Assembly (NCBI GenBank): GCA_001642005.1
Contig: LWCA01000033.1
Coordinates: forward strand, 7,891-71,890
Length of the DNA stretch: 64,000 bases
Source: Intoshia linei
Lineage: Eukaryota; Animalia; Orthonectida
Direction: 5' to 3'
Of the stretch, positions 27,301-40,170 are shown piece after piece; the first letter of the stretch is position 1; each line of letters begins with the position of its first letter. Made by a program: the position numbers and the translations under genes. Below the pieces are notes generated by a model. That model worked only from the letters and a program-made list of their open reading frames with translations. It ran no database searches and was not told the origin of the DNA.

Positions 27301-28618
27301 TTCATGTAAAGCTTAATTGTATATTATTTCATTATAATTAATTATACAGCGTGACAAAAAATGAAACAGTTTTAAAGTTGTTCAAATACCACACTACATG
27401 TGAAATGATGCATAAAACAATAGTTATAAATCACATGACTCAGTTATTGTACGTAAAAATCAACATGTTGATATATAAATACTAAATTAAAAATTTACCG
27501 CTTGATTAATGGTAGGTCTTTTGAAGCTATTTGCAATAGGAATGCATTCGCTGTTAAGAGACCAATTGTTATCAATCTTCCAATATGAACCCTAATTTTT
27601 TTTTAAAATAAATACAAATTAAATAAATTTTGACAATGTTTGACATTGACAATACAATTTTTTGGAAAATAAAAATTTAATGATGAAAAGTTAAAAAAAA
27701 ATTTTAGTTTTAATTTTAATGTTTCGAAAAAGTAGATTAAAAAATAAACAATGTATCTGTTTTAATAAATCTCAAGTATCGATTCGTGACACCCTTAAAT
27801 GGATCGATTAATAAAATAATATTTAGAATATCTCCAAAATAAATAAAGGTTATAACAACAAATACACTAACCATTGGCCAAAGTATGCCATTTCTATTTT
27901 TTATACACCTAGGATTCATAATAAAAATAAAAACAGACTTAAAAACATTAAAATATAAAATTTCATATTACTAACAACATTGAAATGCGAGTTTTATAAA
28001 ATGTATACAAAATAAAACATACCTTTCCAGGGTCATCTTTGGTACGTGGAAGTTTGGTAAAGCATTTGTTTAGTGAAAGGTTGTGACGTATAGAATTCTA
28101 AAGGTATAAAATGTATAATATTAAAACTGAAACAAACCTTCCATCCATTGGTAGCATTTTTGTAAAAGGGATAATGTTCCATGATCCAATTGTAAATTTC
28201 ACTCAAAGTCATTTTTTTGGTTGAGGAACTATTTATAGCATACGTGATCAAGGAAGCATAACTATATGGTGGTTTTCCAGACTTTGACCTTGAAATTCCT
28301 CGATAATTTCCATTATTCGAAAAACTGTTATTTGCATTATTTTCGGAATTTCTCGATGTCATTTCTAAAAAAGACACAATTATGCACATTACACCTTTTT
28401 TTACTTGTTAAACCATCCGATGATATCAATCTCAAATCTAAATCATCGGGAGTGTCATTGTCAGTGGTAGAATTATCTAAACCACATTCATTGAGTTTAT
28501 GCAACCAGTCCATCGTTGTCAATGAACTATCCAAATCTAGTTTTCGTTTGGATTCCTCAATTGTGTTTTCTTGTTCCTAAATTATTCAATTATATTTATT
28601 TCTTTATTTTATTACCAT
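21351..28618 (-). CDS. FoxJ2/3: Forkhead transcription factor, FoxJ2/3 class, multi-exon
   Basis: ATG 28616-28618 is followed immediately by an intron. N-terminal [14 protein letters not shown]; forkhead [32 protein letters not shown]...[35 protein letters not shown] (28023-28275, 27498-27591). Phase-compatible downstream exons approx 23750-23950, 23572-23712, 22617-22741, 21351-21638 end in TGA. Linkage of the downstream exons is inferred. Confidence 0.85.
24631..24990 (-). CDS. NTF2: Nuclear transport factor 2, intronless
   Basis: 119-aa ORF: [18 protein letters not shown]...SYEG...G...IV...[18 protein letters not shown]...FTQCFVI...NDIFRL aligns along its full length with NTF2. Confidence 0.9.
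   Translation of the reverse strand: MEWKTIAEEFVTVFYEKYRTNREILGNLYNDESKASYEGNEAMGAASIVKLQEKHPKEILHQICKTDSQPMTDSSILVHVYGHLKVEDHPLLFTQCFVIKVQEGSGILIMNDIFRLCQV
25845..26545. mobile_element. Helitron-family fragments in a FoxJ intron
   Basis: Same blocks as the other copies (ggttttggccctgaagata, tttgacccgtaagatgtgagtttgggag, cacacacagacacac..aaaatcgcgtagc). Confidence 0.6.
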
Positions 28619-30129
28619 TTTATTTATAAAATTTTAGAATTTTTTCAGGATAGGGTTTATGTATTTGACCGTTTTGGCTTTGGTTCGCTATAGTAATATT
28701 ATTTACCGTTGCACACGTAAATATTTATATTTTTTTTGTTTTTAAATAAATTTTTATATATCTAATCAAAAAAACACACAGTTCGTTACTAAAAATGTTT
28801 TAAATGCGTACAATGGTCTATGTTTTTTGGTAACCAAAAAACATTAGGTAGAATACAATATAAATGTAGAATAGTACCGAAATTGCCAATTTTATTGTAA
28901 ATCGATTAATCTGGATGAATAGACTTATATAAATTTGTTTAGAATTTACACTGATATATTTCGACTGATCGCCAATAAATATTTTATGTGGAAGGCAGGA
29001 TAAGATCTTTGTCAATTATTAAACAATTGCTTTACAATTTGTGTGATGTATGGTCTCAATGCATTTAGTGCGTTATATCATACAAGTGTGTACGTGTTGT
29101 TACAGATATGTGAATTCAACCAATTAGATTTTATTTTAAATTACATTAATGCGTTCGAATTTTATTTCACTATAGAATTGTATATTCAATTTTTTATGAA
29201 AATATTTTTCATCAATTTATAACGCATTAACCAACATTTTTGTTACAAAAAGTGACAAAACAATTCAATAAGTTAAAGTGGTTTAAATTGTACTATTTTT
29301 TAAATAATTATCAATTTTTTGCCTTTACATTTTAATTTAATTTTATCTATTTTATTCACCGTTGGTAATTTTATAACTGTACAATTCATTAATTTAGCTA
29401 CATGTGTATGTTTGGATTATGATGGATAAAATATATACCGCTGTAGTATCATTAATATGTATTATTTTAAAATGTACATTGGATTAAATTATAAACACAT
29501 TATGGTGTCATTCGATTTTTATCGATTATAAAAGTAAAACAATCAATACGTTTCATGTACATTTAAATGTATTTATTTGTTAATTCGGCTCAATTTTGAT
29601 TGAGAAAATCAGTTTTCAAGTATTATATTTAAATTAATATGGTAATTATCGATTTTGGCAACATGTTATATATTTTACCATTAAATTGTAATACAGTAGT
29701 TACTATATTTGGATACATTTTAAATTAATTGTAGATATTTGCTTAATTTAACATAAATGTTATTTCACGACAGAATTAGTATGATCGACAATTTATTTAT
29801 CTGAAAACTATTGATACATTGAGCTATAAGTTAATCCCACAATAGACCGTACATTTAAATTTCAAGTTTTAATATAATATAAATGGTCCCTAATAGTGTA
29901 CAAAGTATATAAATAATATAATAAGCGTATAATATTAAAAATAAAGTAAAAACAATCCTTAAAGTTGTCATAAATACAATGTAGCATAAATTAACTAAAA
30001 AATAAAATTATAAAAACCTATTTTATCATTTTCAATGTGATAATATATATTCAGTACCAATTTATTAAATACTTAAAAATACCAATTATTTATCAATAAT
30101 TAACGGTATCAGCACTTTATAAACATATT

Positions 30130-31173
30130 TCAGTTATTGAAATAAACGATAACACAGTCACAAACAAATATTGCAAACCATATTATATTTGTAAGGAAAG
30201 AATAACAACTCAAAATGAATTTCGTAAAAACCAAAATAAATGAGCTACAATTTTAATTTAAAAAAAAGTCCACAAAACATGGGAAACCCATCACAAGAAT
30301 TACAACCATAGAAAAACATATACATTTGACAGTTTTTAATTGTTCAGTATTTTACATTTCACACTGTAACATTGTATTAATCTGATTAAATTTTATTTAG
30401 AAAGGTGTGCCCTTATTAAATTTTTTGGAACGTTAGTCCTCAGTAAATGCTTGGCAAATTAGAAAATAAAATGACCTCATTAATAATTATATTTATTTAA
30501 AAGTTAACAATAATCATATACTAATTTTAAATTAAATCAACGACCCAATGCAGCTATATGTACCAGTATGTAAATTACTCGCAAGAAAATGTTTACTGAA
30601 GTTGTTGCGACAGCCATTTTAAAGTCAAGTCTGCACTTTCTAACAATACAGAAAGTTACCACGCTTGCCGTTATTGTTATCATTACCACTCCAGGAAGAA
30701 TCACTCCAAAACAGATAATTACTAAAAGAAAAAATGTATGTATATAAAAGTAAGATTCATTTTATTTAAATACCATCGACAATAAATGGTATACTATTAT
30801 CACACAGATCCGAATCTACCGTACCCGAGAGCCTCCTAGAGGCCTTGAAAATGTATTTTTTCAATATCATAACTATCAAATTCTGACTAGTGGAGAGGTG
30901 GTTCGAGATATAATAACTCATAGTTTGCAAAAAAAATTTGTTTTTTGTCTTGTTTATGAATGGTTTATTTTTGATTTTTGGGGGCTTCGAGCATGGTAAG
31001 TTCAACTCTAATCACATATATTACAGTTCTATATATTTCCAAAATCACTTTGTCAAACTCAAGCTTATTTTTTCAAAATTCAAACAAAAATTTATCTTCG
31101 TTTACGGAATTTCTATGAAAAGCAATAGTACAGTCAAGTGTTAAGACTATTTATAATAATAAATAACCTATTC
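30130..31173. repeat. About 1-kb direct duplication, copy 1 (copy 2 at 37490-38568; third partial copy 38610-38738)
   Basis: Colinear sequence match. The near-identical ORFs 30938-31144 and 38321-38539 reflect this duplication. Confidence 0.9.
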
Positions 31174-34100
31174 GGTATTTATCTAAATTGAATATATAAT
31201 GATATTTATATTATTAATTATATATTATAAAAATTCACCATCTAAAATTTGGATATAAAAACAATGTGATCAATCGTAATTGACCATTAATTAGTGACCA
31301 ACGTATTAATATACAATAACTATTTCTATCAGTATTGATATAGAATAAACTTTAGTATTCTGCCCGCATTAATAATTTTAAATTTAGCACATTTTTGAAA
31401 TAATAATGTATCGGTTGTCTAGGTCTTGGGATAAAATCCCAAAATCTGAAAACTTTGGTTTCCATATACATTTCAAATAGGTTTAAATTAAAGTTCATAA
31501 TAGAGCATGTCTTTAATTATGTGAATAATATAATTACTCCATAATGTTGCACTGATGATAAGTACATCTACCATCAATAAATCTATTATTAGAATAGATG
31601 CAATTGAATCCGCTAAAATGAAAATATTATAATATCTATGAAATCAAACCTCTTGATGCATATTTACTTGGAGCTACATAATTATAAATATACATGTAAA
31701 TAGAAATTAAAAATGATATATGTTTATATATTCATAATTTATATGTACAGCAGAACCACATCTTGATAAAAATCTACTATCAAAAATGGATTTTATCACC
31801 ATAAACCAGGGGTTCCCAAACTAATTTTGTCTGTTGCTTTCTTTAGCAAAATATTTTTTCAACGGCTACTTAAAAAATTTTTAGATTACGTCGTAATTAT
31901 TAAACTTTTTTATTAACAGATATTAAAATTATTAAATTTGATCACTGACAATAGTAGTCATGCTTCGCCATAACGAAAACTCACCATACCGAACATATTT
32001 TTTACAGTTAAAATGAAATTTCACCGAATATGGTAAATTTTCAATAACGAACAAAAAAATTTGAAATAATAATAAAAATAAATGAACATATTAAATTATT
32101 AGAACTATCAAAGTTAAAAGGGTATAATATTACAACTCTTTTTATCTCTCTTCTTGTGACTCTACTATTCTTATGATGTTAACACACACCGACTTTTAAT
32201 ATAGCCCTTCTGTTAGAATTAGTTACCATATGAAATATAAGTTACATTATATATACAAATGAGTCATTATAAATTATATTTATAAATTATAAATTAATTA
32301 ACAAAAAATTATAAACATCATTACGAGAAAGTTATGTTCTTTAGTATAAAAATTAAATTTAATAAGCTTTAATGAAAATAATTTTAAATAATGCTCACGG
32401 GAATGGTCAACAAAATTATGAAAATTAATATATTTAAAAATAATAATAATACAATTATCAATATAATTTTATCAAAATTTTAACAAAGCAGTTGAAAATT
32501 CACTAATTAATGTCATAATCATTATGAATATGTTTTTACTACTTTTATCGTTGTATAATACTACATAAATTGATAATGATTCATTTACACTTGATGACGA
32601 ATGAGATTCTGATGTTGAACTATTCCTGGATATTACTTATAATTGAGCAAAAACCTGATATTATTATAACAAAAGTACAAAAAGTTACTGTTAATAATAT
32701 CGAGGATGAAGTACAAAAAATGTATAGTATCACAGATATGAAATATCTATAAAATACGCTGTGGAACATAAAGTATATATTCTAAAGAATATACCTGAAG
32801 ATATAGGAATTATTCTACCGCTCAAATCTAACCTAGTTAAGGAAAATGGTCAAAACATAACAATATAAAAAAATGTAAAATAAAGTTTTAAATGAGATGT
32901 TTTGAATGTATTTATATTATATAAGATGTTCAGTATTATCAATAACGAACAGTTCTAAAAAATGGAAAACTGCTTTTCGTTATGTCATGAATTGATAAAA
33001 ACATGATTGTAATTGACAATAAAGTAAAATAACACAAAAAAAATCAATAATTGTGAGATTATTAATCCATCAATTCGTTATAAAGTCAAACAGTTCTGGA
33101 TATACAATATTATCGGAACAAAGACGATATCAAAGATAATAATCTTTGATTAATTAATAATTATTACAAAAATCACTAAGTCATAAAATGAGTTATCAAA
33201 ATGTGATATTATAGACATGTTGTGCTGTGAAAAATTATAACAAATAATAATTAACCTTTCACTTCGGTGGTATTTTCATCGGCTAAAAAAATAATTAGAC
33301 CAAACAAACATTAAATTATACAGCATTTCGGTGGTTTCAATACATTGATTTGACATTTAGCATAGAAATTATCTCTGAATTTGGAACAATTGACTGACAT
33401 CAACATACAAGCTTTGACTAATTTGTTTGATATGTATATACGTTGTGTGAAATGTTTGTAAAAATCCATTTTAAGATTGTACTTGGTGGCCAGTGGATAA
33501 TTGAAATCTTCACTAAAATGATTAAATCAATAATATCGAAATTAGATCATCATTTCAATGAACATAAAATTTACACTCGGACCATATACAAATAAATATA
33601 TGTATGTTAAAATATATAATTATATATTATAATTTAGTAAATTTGTAATATATTATAAATAATATTATACAGCCATAACTAGACCTGAATGGATGAAAAT
33701 TATGGGCTATAATATAGCCTATATAAATAAATTGTTATAGTAGTAGTCACGTTTTACTGTGGAATTTTCAAATATTTCTTACGTCTTTAGATGGTTTTCT
33801 TTTTAATATATTTTCTAAAAACATCTAAAATGAGTTGTAACTCTGAGATGTTCATAGGATGTAATTAAGAAAATTGGCTGCATTTCTTAGCAAATTTAAA
33901 TGGGAATCAGTTTGATCAGTGGTTCTTAAACTTTAAAGTTTACGAATTACATAAGTTTGAACTCAGTTTACTTATATTGTAGGCATTACACCTCGTTAGT
34001 GACAAATATTTGGGTGGAATCTAAAAATACTTAGGGCTTGGGCGTTTTAGGTTTGGTTCTGATCGCCTATCAATTTTCTATTTATGTAAATAGTGTCAAA

Positions 34101-36990
34101 ATTAAAAGTTTTTTCTATAAGATTTTAAAATCGTTTTTCAAAACAATATTTGAAAAAAGGGAATTTTCCTTAAGGGTTGGTAAAATTATATTTTTTGTAT
34201 TGTGCAGTGAATATAAGGGATTTTTTTAAAAAATATCGGTATAAGTAGATTTTTCATTGGATGTTTGAATTGCTATTTTTTGTTAATACTTATGGCACTG
34301 TAAAATTTGATATTGGTGTAATAGTATATTTTAAATTTTAAATGTGGATAAAAGTGGGGTTATTGAAATATTCATGTAGCTATTCTGTAATAAATATTAA
34401 AAGTTCTCCTATAAAAATAAAGAAATGTTGATAAAATTTTTTTCATATTTTATTTGAATCTCACAGACCCAGACATATAGTTTTGGACCTTTAGTATAAT
34501 TATGATGCTAGTCATTTTAAAATAGAATCAATCGAAATTTATATACTTAAAAATAATTTTTTTTCATTAACGCAGAAATTCGTGTAATACGAAATTTTGA
34601 ATTCAAAGATATTAGTATAAGTATTAAAAATATTACTTTGTAATATAATAAGGTTCACTGGAAAATTGATACAAGTTCATTAGTTTGGATATTCCAAAAA
34701 TAGTCGAATTAGTATTATCTTCACTTACAATTTTGAATAAAAATGATTTATTCTAAACAATATTGTACAGTAATTATTACAGAGCTAACTGTTTTTTGTA
34801 TTAAATACATAACCTTTAAGCCAGTGTTTCTAAAACGGTGTGCCGCGAGATTTTCTGGGGGTGCCGAGGAGAAATATCATTTAAGAATATTAATTAGTGT
34901 TGTATATGATTACGGAACATACTACAGTCAATTCTGTTCTATATGAACATCCCAGAATATGAACTTAACTCAATATGAACAAACATTGATTGGACATTTC
35001 GAAACTTTTAATTATATTATTATCGCCATTCATATATGTTCATATTACAGTATATATAAACTCGACTATTGAAATCAAGAATATTTTCTAATTTATACAA
35101 AGAAATCGGTTCATAATATACCAACCTGTTTATACATGCTGAAATTAGATGGTTGTCAAGAGGAAAGATGTTATGAAGAGTATATGATATGAAATGCTTA
35201 CATTTTTTACTCTCGAATCTAATTTTGATAACCAGAATTTTGCATTTAATTAAATGACGCGTATTGGTGTTTTAAATTATCTTTATGAGTGGATATATGG
35301 ACATCTCAACAACCTCAATACTAAAATGCAAGGAAGAAACGAAAACATTCCATCTTCATTAGATTCAATTTGTGTTTTTAAAGAAAAAATTAATATGTCT
35401 CATTTATATGTATGTGTATTTCAAGTTTTAAGAGTCAACGTTGATGTTAATACAAATAGTGCTCAAGGATAATAAACTACTTAAAAATTAAAATTTTCTA
35501 CTTTAATTTAATCAACCACTACAATTTTTTCATTAAAATGATATCAACATAATCCAATGACAATATGTGTTTAAAAGGCTATGTTATGCTATGCTCAAAA
35601 AATATACAGTGTTTATTTTTTAAACTGTGTCAAAAAAAATTTAGTGTACATTTTTAACACGAAAACACATCTTTTGCCATCACTGTACACATGATTTTAT
35701 TTTATTACCATATCTATATCAGTCAGATTTTTTTCAGATTTGTATCCTGTTGACTTTAGAGTTAATGTCCTATTACTAAAATATTTTTAACAATATTGAC
35801 AACGTAGCTTTATTATTATTATAGCTTCAGTATAAATTTAAATTACAGTAAACTTTCGAAAAGTTACCACTTTTTTAGGCGATTAGTCACTTTTTTCACC
35901 AAAGTTAAAATACAATATTATTTATTAACGACCCTGAAAATATACGGATACAGTGAAACCTCTTTATAAAAAAACCCCTCTATAAACAAATTATCATACT
36001 TTTAAAAATATATCAATCCTATATAATTTGTTTATTACATTTTCACATGTCAAATTTTACTTTTTATAGAATTTTTATGACACTTATCACGCTTTTTTGA
36101 TACTCAAAATTAGCAAATTAGCAAAAAAAACAAATTAGTCTTTAAATTTTCAAAATCGTTTGTTTATTGTTCACTGTAATATAAATAAATAATAAATTAA
36201 TATAATAAAATAAATGACACATCATTGCTACATTATTAAAATTTAACAATTGTACCAATATTTTAATATGTACTCGTATAATTTGGAAATTGCTGAATAA
36301 TTTTACAATGACCGAAGATTATTTGTAATAGCTAAGTAATTTTTCCGGTAAATGTATTTGTAACATTATTAACAAATTATTTTAACAAAATTAATTAATT
36401 AACATTGTAAAACCATTATAATTATCGGTTGCCCAATTGCATTTGAATTATTGTACTCTTTTAGAAAAGTAAGACTAAAGAAACTATGATGAATCATGTG
36501 AAAAAAGTTAATACTAGATTAAGTTTTTCCTCTATAAGAAATCGACTAAATCCTGAAATGCTTAACCCTTTCACTGTCTGTGTATTCTATACTATATACA
36601 ACAATTTCACTTCACACGTGTGTTCAATGAACACATTAGCACGAAGTACATAACAGTCAAGATAGTTTATAATATTACGGAAAGGTGAATAATAATTTCG
36701 ATAACGTTTTCACTAATACTGGATACAACTGTAACTCTGAATGTATAGAATAATCGCATAGACAGCATTGAATCAGCAACTAATTATTATATAATATATA
36801 TAAAATTATTTAAATTATCTAAAATTACCGATATGTCATAATATAATAAAAACCTGTACGATTTCATCATAAACGTACGTATTTGTTGCTATAAATGATT
36901 ATTGACATTCATTTGTATATTTATATTATTTATAAATTTTTATTGCGAATTAATTTTTTTGAAAGTTCTAATTACACTGGTGTATTTTGA
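30545..36990 (-). pseudogene. Decayed multi-pass membrane protein gene (7TM/GPCR-like), copy A
   Basis: Exon-like pieces with GT/AG edges: ..VYDEIVQVFIIL*HI (ends 36829), 49-nt intron, VADSMLSMRLFYTFRVTVVSSISENVIEIIIHLSVIL (from 36779), DSDLCDNSIPFIVD (ends 30774), and VIICFGVILPGVVMITITASVVTFCIVRKCRLDFKMAVATTSVNIFLRVIYILVHIAAL (30545-30721). Confidence 0.4.
34822..35400 (+). mobile_element. Buster-type hAT transposase relic
   Basis: Left end cagtgtttctaaaacggtgtgccgcg. Peptides LFIHAEIRWLSRGKML*RVYDMK (approx 35126-35195) and HLNNLNTKMQGRNENI...ICVFKEKI match hAT motifs HTEVRWLSRGKVL and LNxLNLxLQG; contains stops. Confidence 0.8.
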
Positions 36991-37228
36991 CAATTTATTA
37001 AGAGTACTTTTTAACTTACTAACAATGTACATCTTAAAGTCAAATGTTTGGAGGATAAAAGATCAACAATTATGTTTAGGATCTAAAGTTTAAAACTTAT
37101 ATTTTGCATATTAATTTTACATGAGCTAATATGTTCAGTAAGATGCCATTTTTTGATTTTTTTTTAATATAACAACTTTTTTGAGTTTAAGCATTTATGT
37201 GAAATGAAATCGGTTAATATACTTTAAT

Positions 37229-37565
37229 ATCCTTACTTATCTAATATGCCACACAATATTTGTTTAAGTGTGTGTGTGTGTGTTCCACTTCATTTCAATA
37301 ATTACCAGTCTTAGAATTTTATAAAGTCCACATTTCAATTACTGAGTTTTCCGGGGTGATAATAAGATAGATTTCAACCTCCCAAGCTTTGTGACCCGTA
37401 AGTTGTTAGTTTGAGAGGTTGAAATTTATTTTGCTAACACCCGGAAAAAAATGTAATTGAAATGTAGACTTTACAAAATTCTAAGACTAGTAGTTATTGA
37501 AATAAACGATAACACAGTCACACAAACAAATATTGCAAACCATATTATATCTGTAATGAAAGGAT
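37229..37565. repeat. About 335-bp palindrome formed by two opposed Helitron 5' ends
   Basis: atccttactt...gtgtgtgtg...cagtcttagaattttataaagtccacatttcaattac...ccggggtg...atttcaacctc is mirrored by gaggttgaaat...cacccgg...gtaattgaaatgtagactttacaaaattctaagact...cacac...aaggat. Confidence 0.75.
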
Positions 37566-38568
37566 AACAACTCAAAATAAATTTCGTAAAAACTAAAATA
37601 AATGAGCTACAATTTTAATTTAAAAAAAGTCCACAAAACATGAGAAACCATCAAAGGAATTACAACCATAGCAACATATATACATTTGACACTGTAACAT
37701 TGTACTGATCTGATTAAATTTTATTTAGAAAGATATGCCCTTATTAAATTTTTTAGAACGTTAGTGCTGCCATTGAAGGGTAAATGCTTCTATATGCAAA
37801 TTTTGAATACGATGTAAACTTCCCAGTAAATGGTTGGCAAATTAGAAAGTAAAATCATATCACCATTAATTATATTTATTTAAAAGTTAACAATAATCAT
37901 ATATTAATTTTAAATTAAATCAGCGGCCAAATGCAGCTATGATATATACCATTATGTATATTACGCACAAGAAAAGGTGAGCTGAATATGGTGAGATATC
38001 TTTATAGCTAAGTCTGCACTTTGTAACAATACGCAAGGGTACCACAGTTGCCGTTATTGTTATAATTATCAATACAAGAAGAATCACTCCAAAACAGATA
38101 ATTGCTAAAAGAAAAAATGTATGTATATAAGTAAGGTTCATTTTATATAAATACCATCGACAATAAAGAGTATACTATTATCACACACAGATCCGAATCT
38201 ACCGTACCCAAGAGCCTCATCGAGTCCTTGAAAATGTATTTTTTCAATATCATAATTATCAAATTCTAACTAGTGAAGAGGTGGTTCGGTATATAATTAC
38301 TCATAGTTTGCAAAAAAAATTTGTTTTTTGTCTTGTTTATGAATGGTTTATTTTTGATTTTTGGGGGCTTCGAGCATGGTAAGTTCAACTCTAATCACAT
38401 ATATTACAGTTCTTTATATTTCCAAAATCACTTTGTCAAACTCAAGCTTATTTTTTCGAAATTAGAACAAAAATTTATCTTTGTTTACAGAATTTCTATG
38501 AAAAGCAATAGTACAGTCAAGTGTTGGGACCATTTATAATAATAATAAATAACCTATTCGGTATTTAT
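37490..38568. repeat. About 1-kb direct duplication, copy 2
   Basis: Colinear with 30130-31173. Confidence 0.9.
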
Positions 38569-40170
38569 CATATTTCAAATTTTGCAAATATTTGCACTTT
38601 CATCATTCATATATCATAATTATCAAATTCTGACCAGTGGAGATGTGGTATAACTCATAGTTTGCAAAAAAATAATGATTTTTTCTTTGTTTATGAATGT
38701 TTTATTTTTGATTTTTGGGGGCTTCGAGCATGGTAAGTTGTAGTAATATGTATCTGTTGACATCAGAAATAAAACTACTAAACCTCAAGATTTCTTGTAA
38801 ATCAAAAATAGGCCCTAGCCATCTCTCCACATATTTAGATTTTGTGTTTTATATTTGAGACACAACAGTTGAATGACATTAAAAAATATAATATTTTTAA
38901 TAAAAAATTTGTAAAAATGAGATTTTTTCGGGTACGGTAGTTTCTATATGATATTTAGTGGCCACTTTTTAGAAGTGAATTTATTTAAAATTAGTACAGT
39001 TTTGTAATAACTTATAACATCTTAAAACGTGATAACGTTTCAAGCGACTACTGTATTATTAAGTTACTATATTCACTTAAAATATTGATATAAATATTTT
39101 AAAAATTATTTTTCATTAATTATATGTTCACTATTAAAAAAATAGGGACCCTCATAATAATTTATATGTAACTTATCAAAAATCCACTTTCCTTATATGA
39201 GGTGTTCCTCATAGTCGAGTCTGACCATATCAGTTATTTTATAATTTTAAATAATATCATTTATTTTCTATATCTATCGAAAATCAGCAAAATTAATTTT
39301 CTGTTTTGAATTTTTTAAAGTGCTTTGACTGAAATTTGAAAAAACGTACTCTCTGAATTTCTAAAAAAACTAAGTTGAAACACTGGTACGAAGTACACAA
39401 CAGTCAAGATAGTTTATAATATTACTGAAAGGTGTGTAGTAATTTTGATAACGTATGTACTGATAACGGATTAAATTATAACTCTGAATGTATAGAATAA
39501 TCGTTATAAAATTGAAACATAGTGTCGACATTGAGAAGCCTGACTGTAAACTCTCCGACAAAACGTGAGAGTACCCTTTAAAAAATTATAAAAACCATTT
39601 TGTTGGTAAAAATTTAAAATATTAAAAAAGTTGTTTGAGGAGACATGTTTATAAATCTACTTACATTGGCACTTTATCAGCATTATCATAAATATTGCTT
39701 AAAGTAAAATAAAATAAATAGTTTTATGTTGAGAAATTGTTACCAAGTTCCCAATACGTTAAAACTGATGAAGATGCCTAAAAAGAATATACCGTGGTAA
39801 AAATAAAATTATCCCTTGTAAAAAATTTGTTAAATAATAATCTTGTAATCTTGTTAAAACTAACTAAACTAATCTATATAAATACTAGTGTTCATTCATC
39901 TACGGACCATTTCAACTTTTGATTGTATTGCGCGGTATTATATAATGTTATAGTAGACCGAGACTGTTATAGGGGTTTATTCAAATAAAAATATGTTATT
40001 TATAAAAATTACCGATATTCCATAATACATTAAGAAGATGTACGATTGCATTATAAACTTTGGTATTTATTGGTATTATAGTATAAATGAATATTGACTA
40101 TCATTTTTGTAATATCATGTAAATTTGTATTGCGAATTAATTATTTGGAAGCTCTAATTACACTACAGCA
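37928..40170 (-). pseudogene. Decayed multi-pass membrane protein gene (7TM/GPCR-like), copy B
   Basis: Paralogous pieces in the same order: KVYNAIVHLLNVLWNI (approx 40012-40065), RLFYTFRVII*SVISTYVIKITTHLSVIL (approx 39417-39503), IICFGVILLVLIIITITATVVPLRIVTKCRLSYKDISPYSAHLFLCVIYIMVYIIAAF (37928-38104, donor GC). Confidence 0.4.
39504..39795 (-). pseudogene. Inverted duplicate of one RasGAP exon with flanking intron (source 48665-48956)
   Basis: The reverse complement matches 48665-48956 almost base for base, including acceptor and donor. The TTA codon is changed to TAA in the copy. Confidence 0.9.

Noticed and set aside
28337-28534. Apparent frameshift between the FoxJ N-terminal motif and the forkhead ORF
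   Set aside because: Resolved by a short GT-AG intron ending at 28365.
30938-31144. Near-identical ORFs MFFVLFMNGLFLIFGG at 30938 and 38321
   Set aside because: TTG starts, no recognisable family, and they lie in a recent duplication with a third truncated copy. Their similarity reflects DNA duplication only.
32460-33560. Degenerate coding-like stretch
   Set aside because: Many stops in all frames and no motif I could recognise; probably old TE debris.
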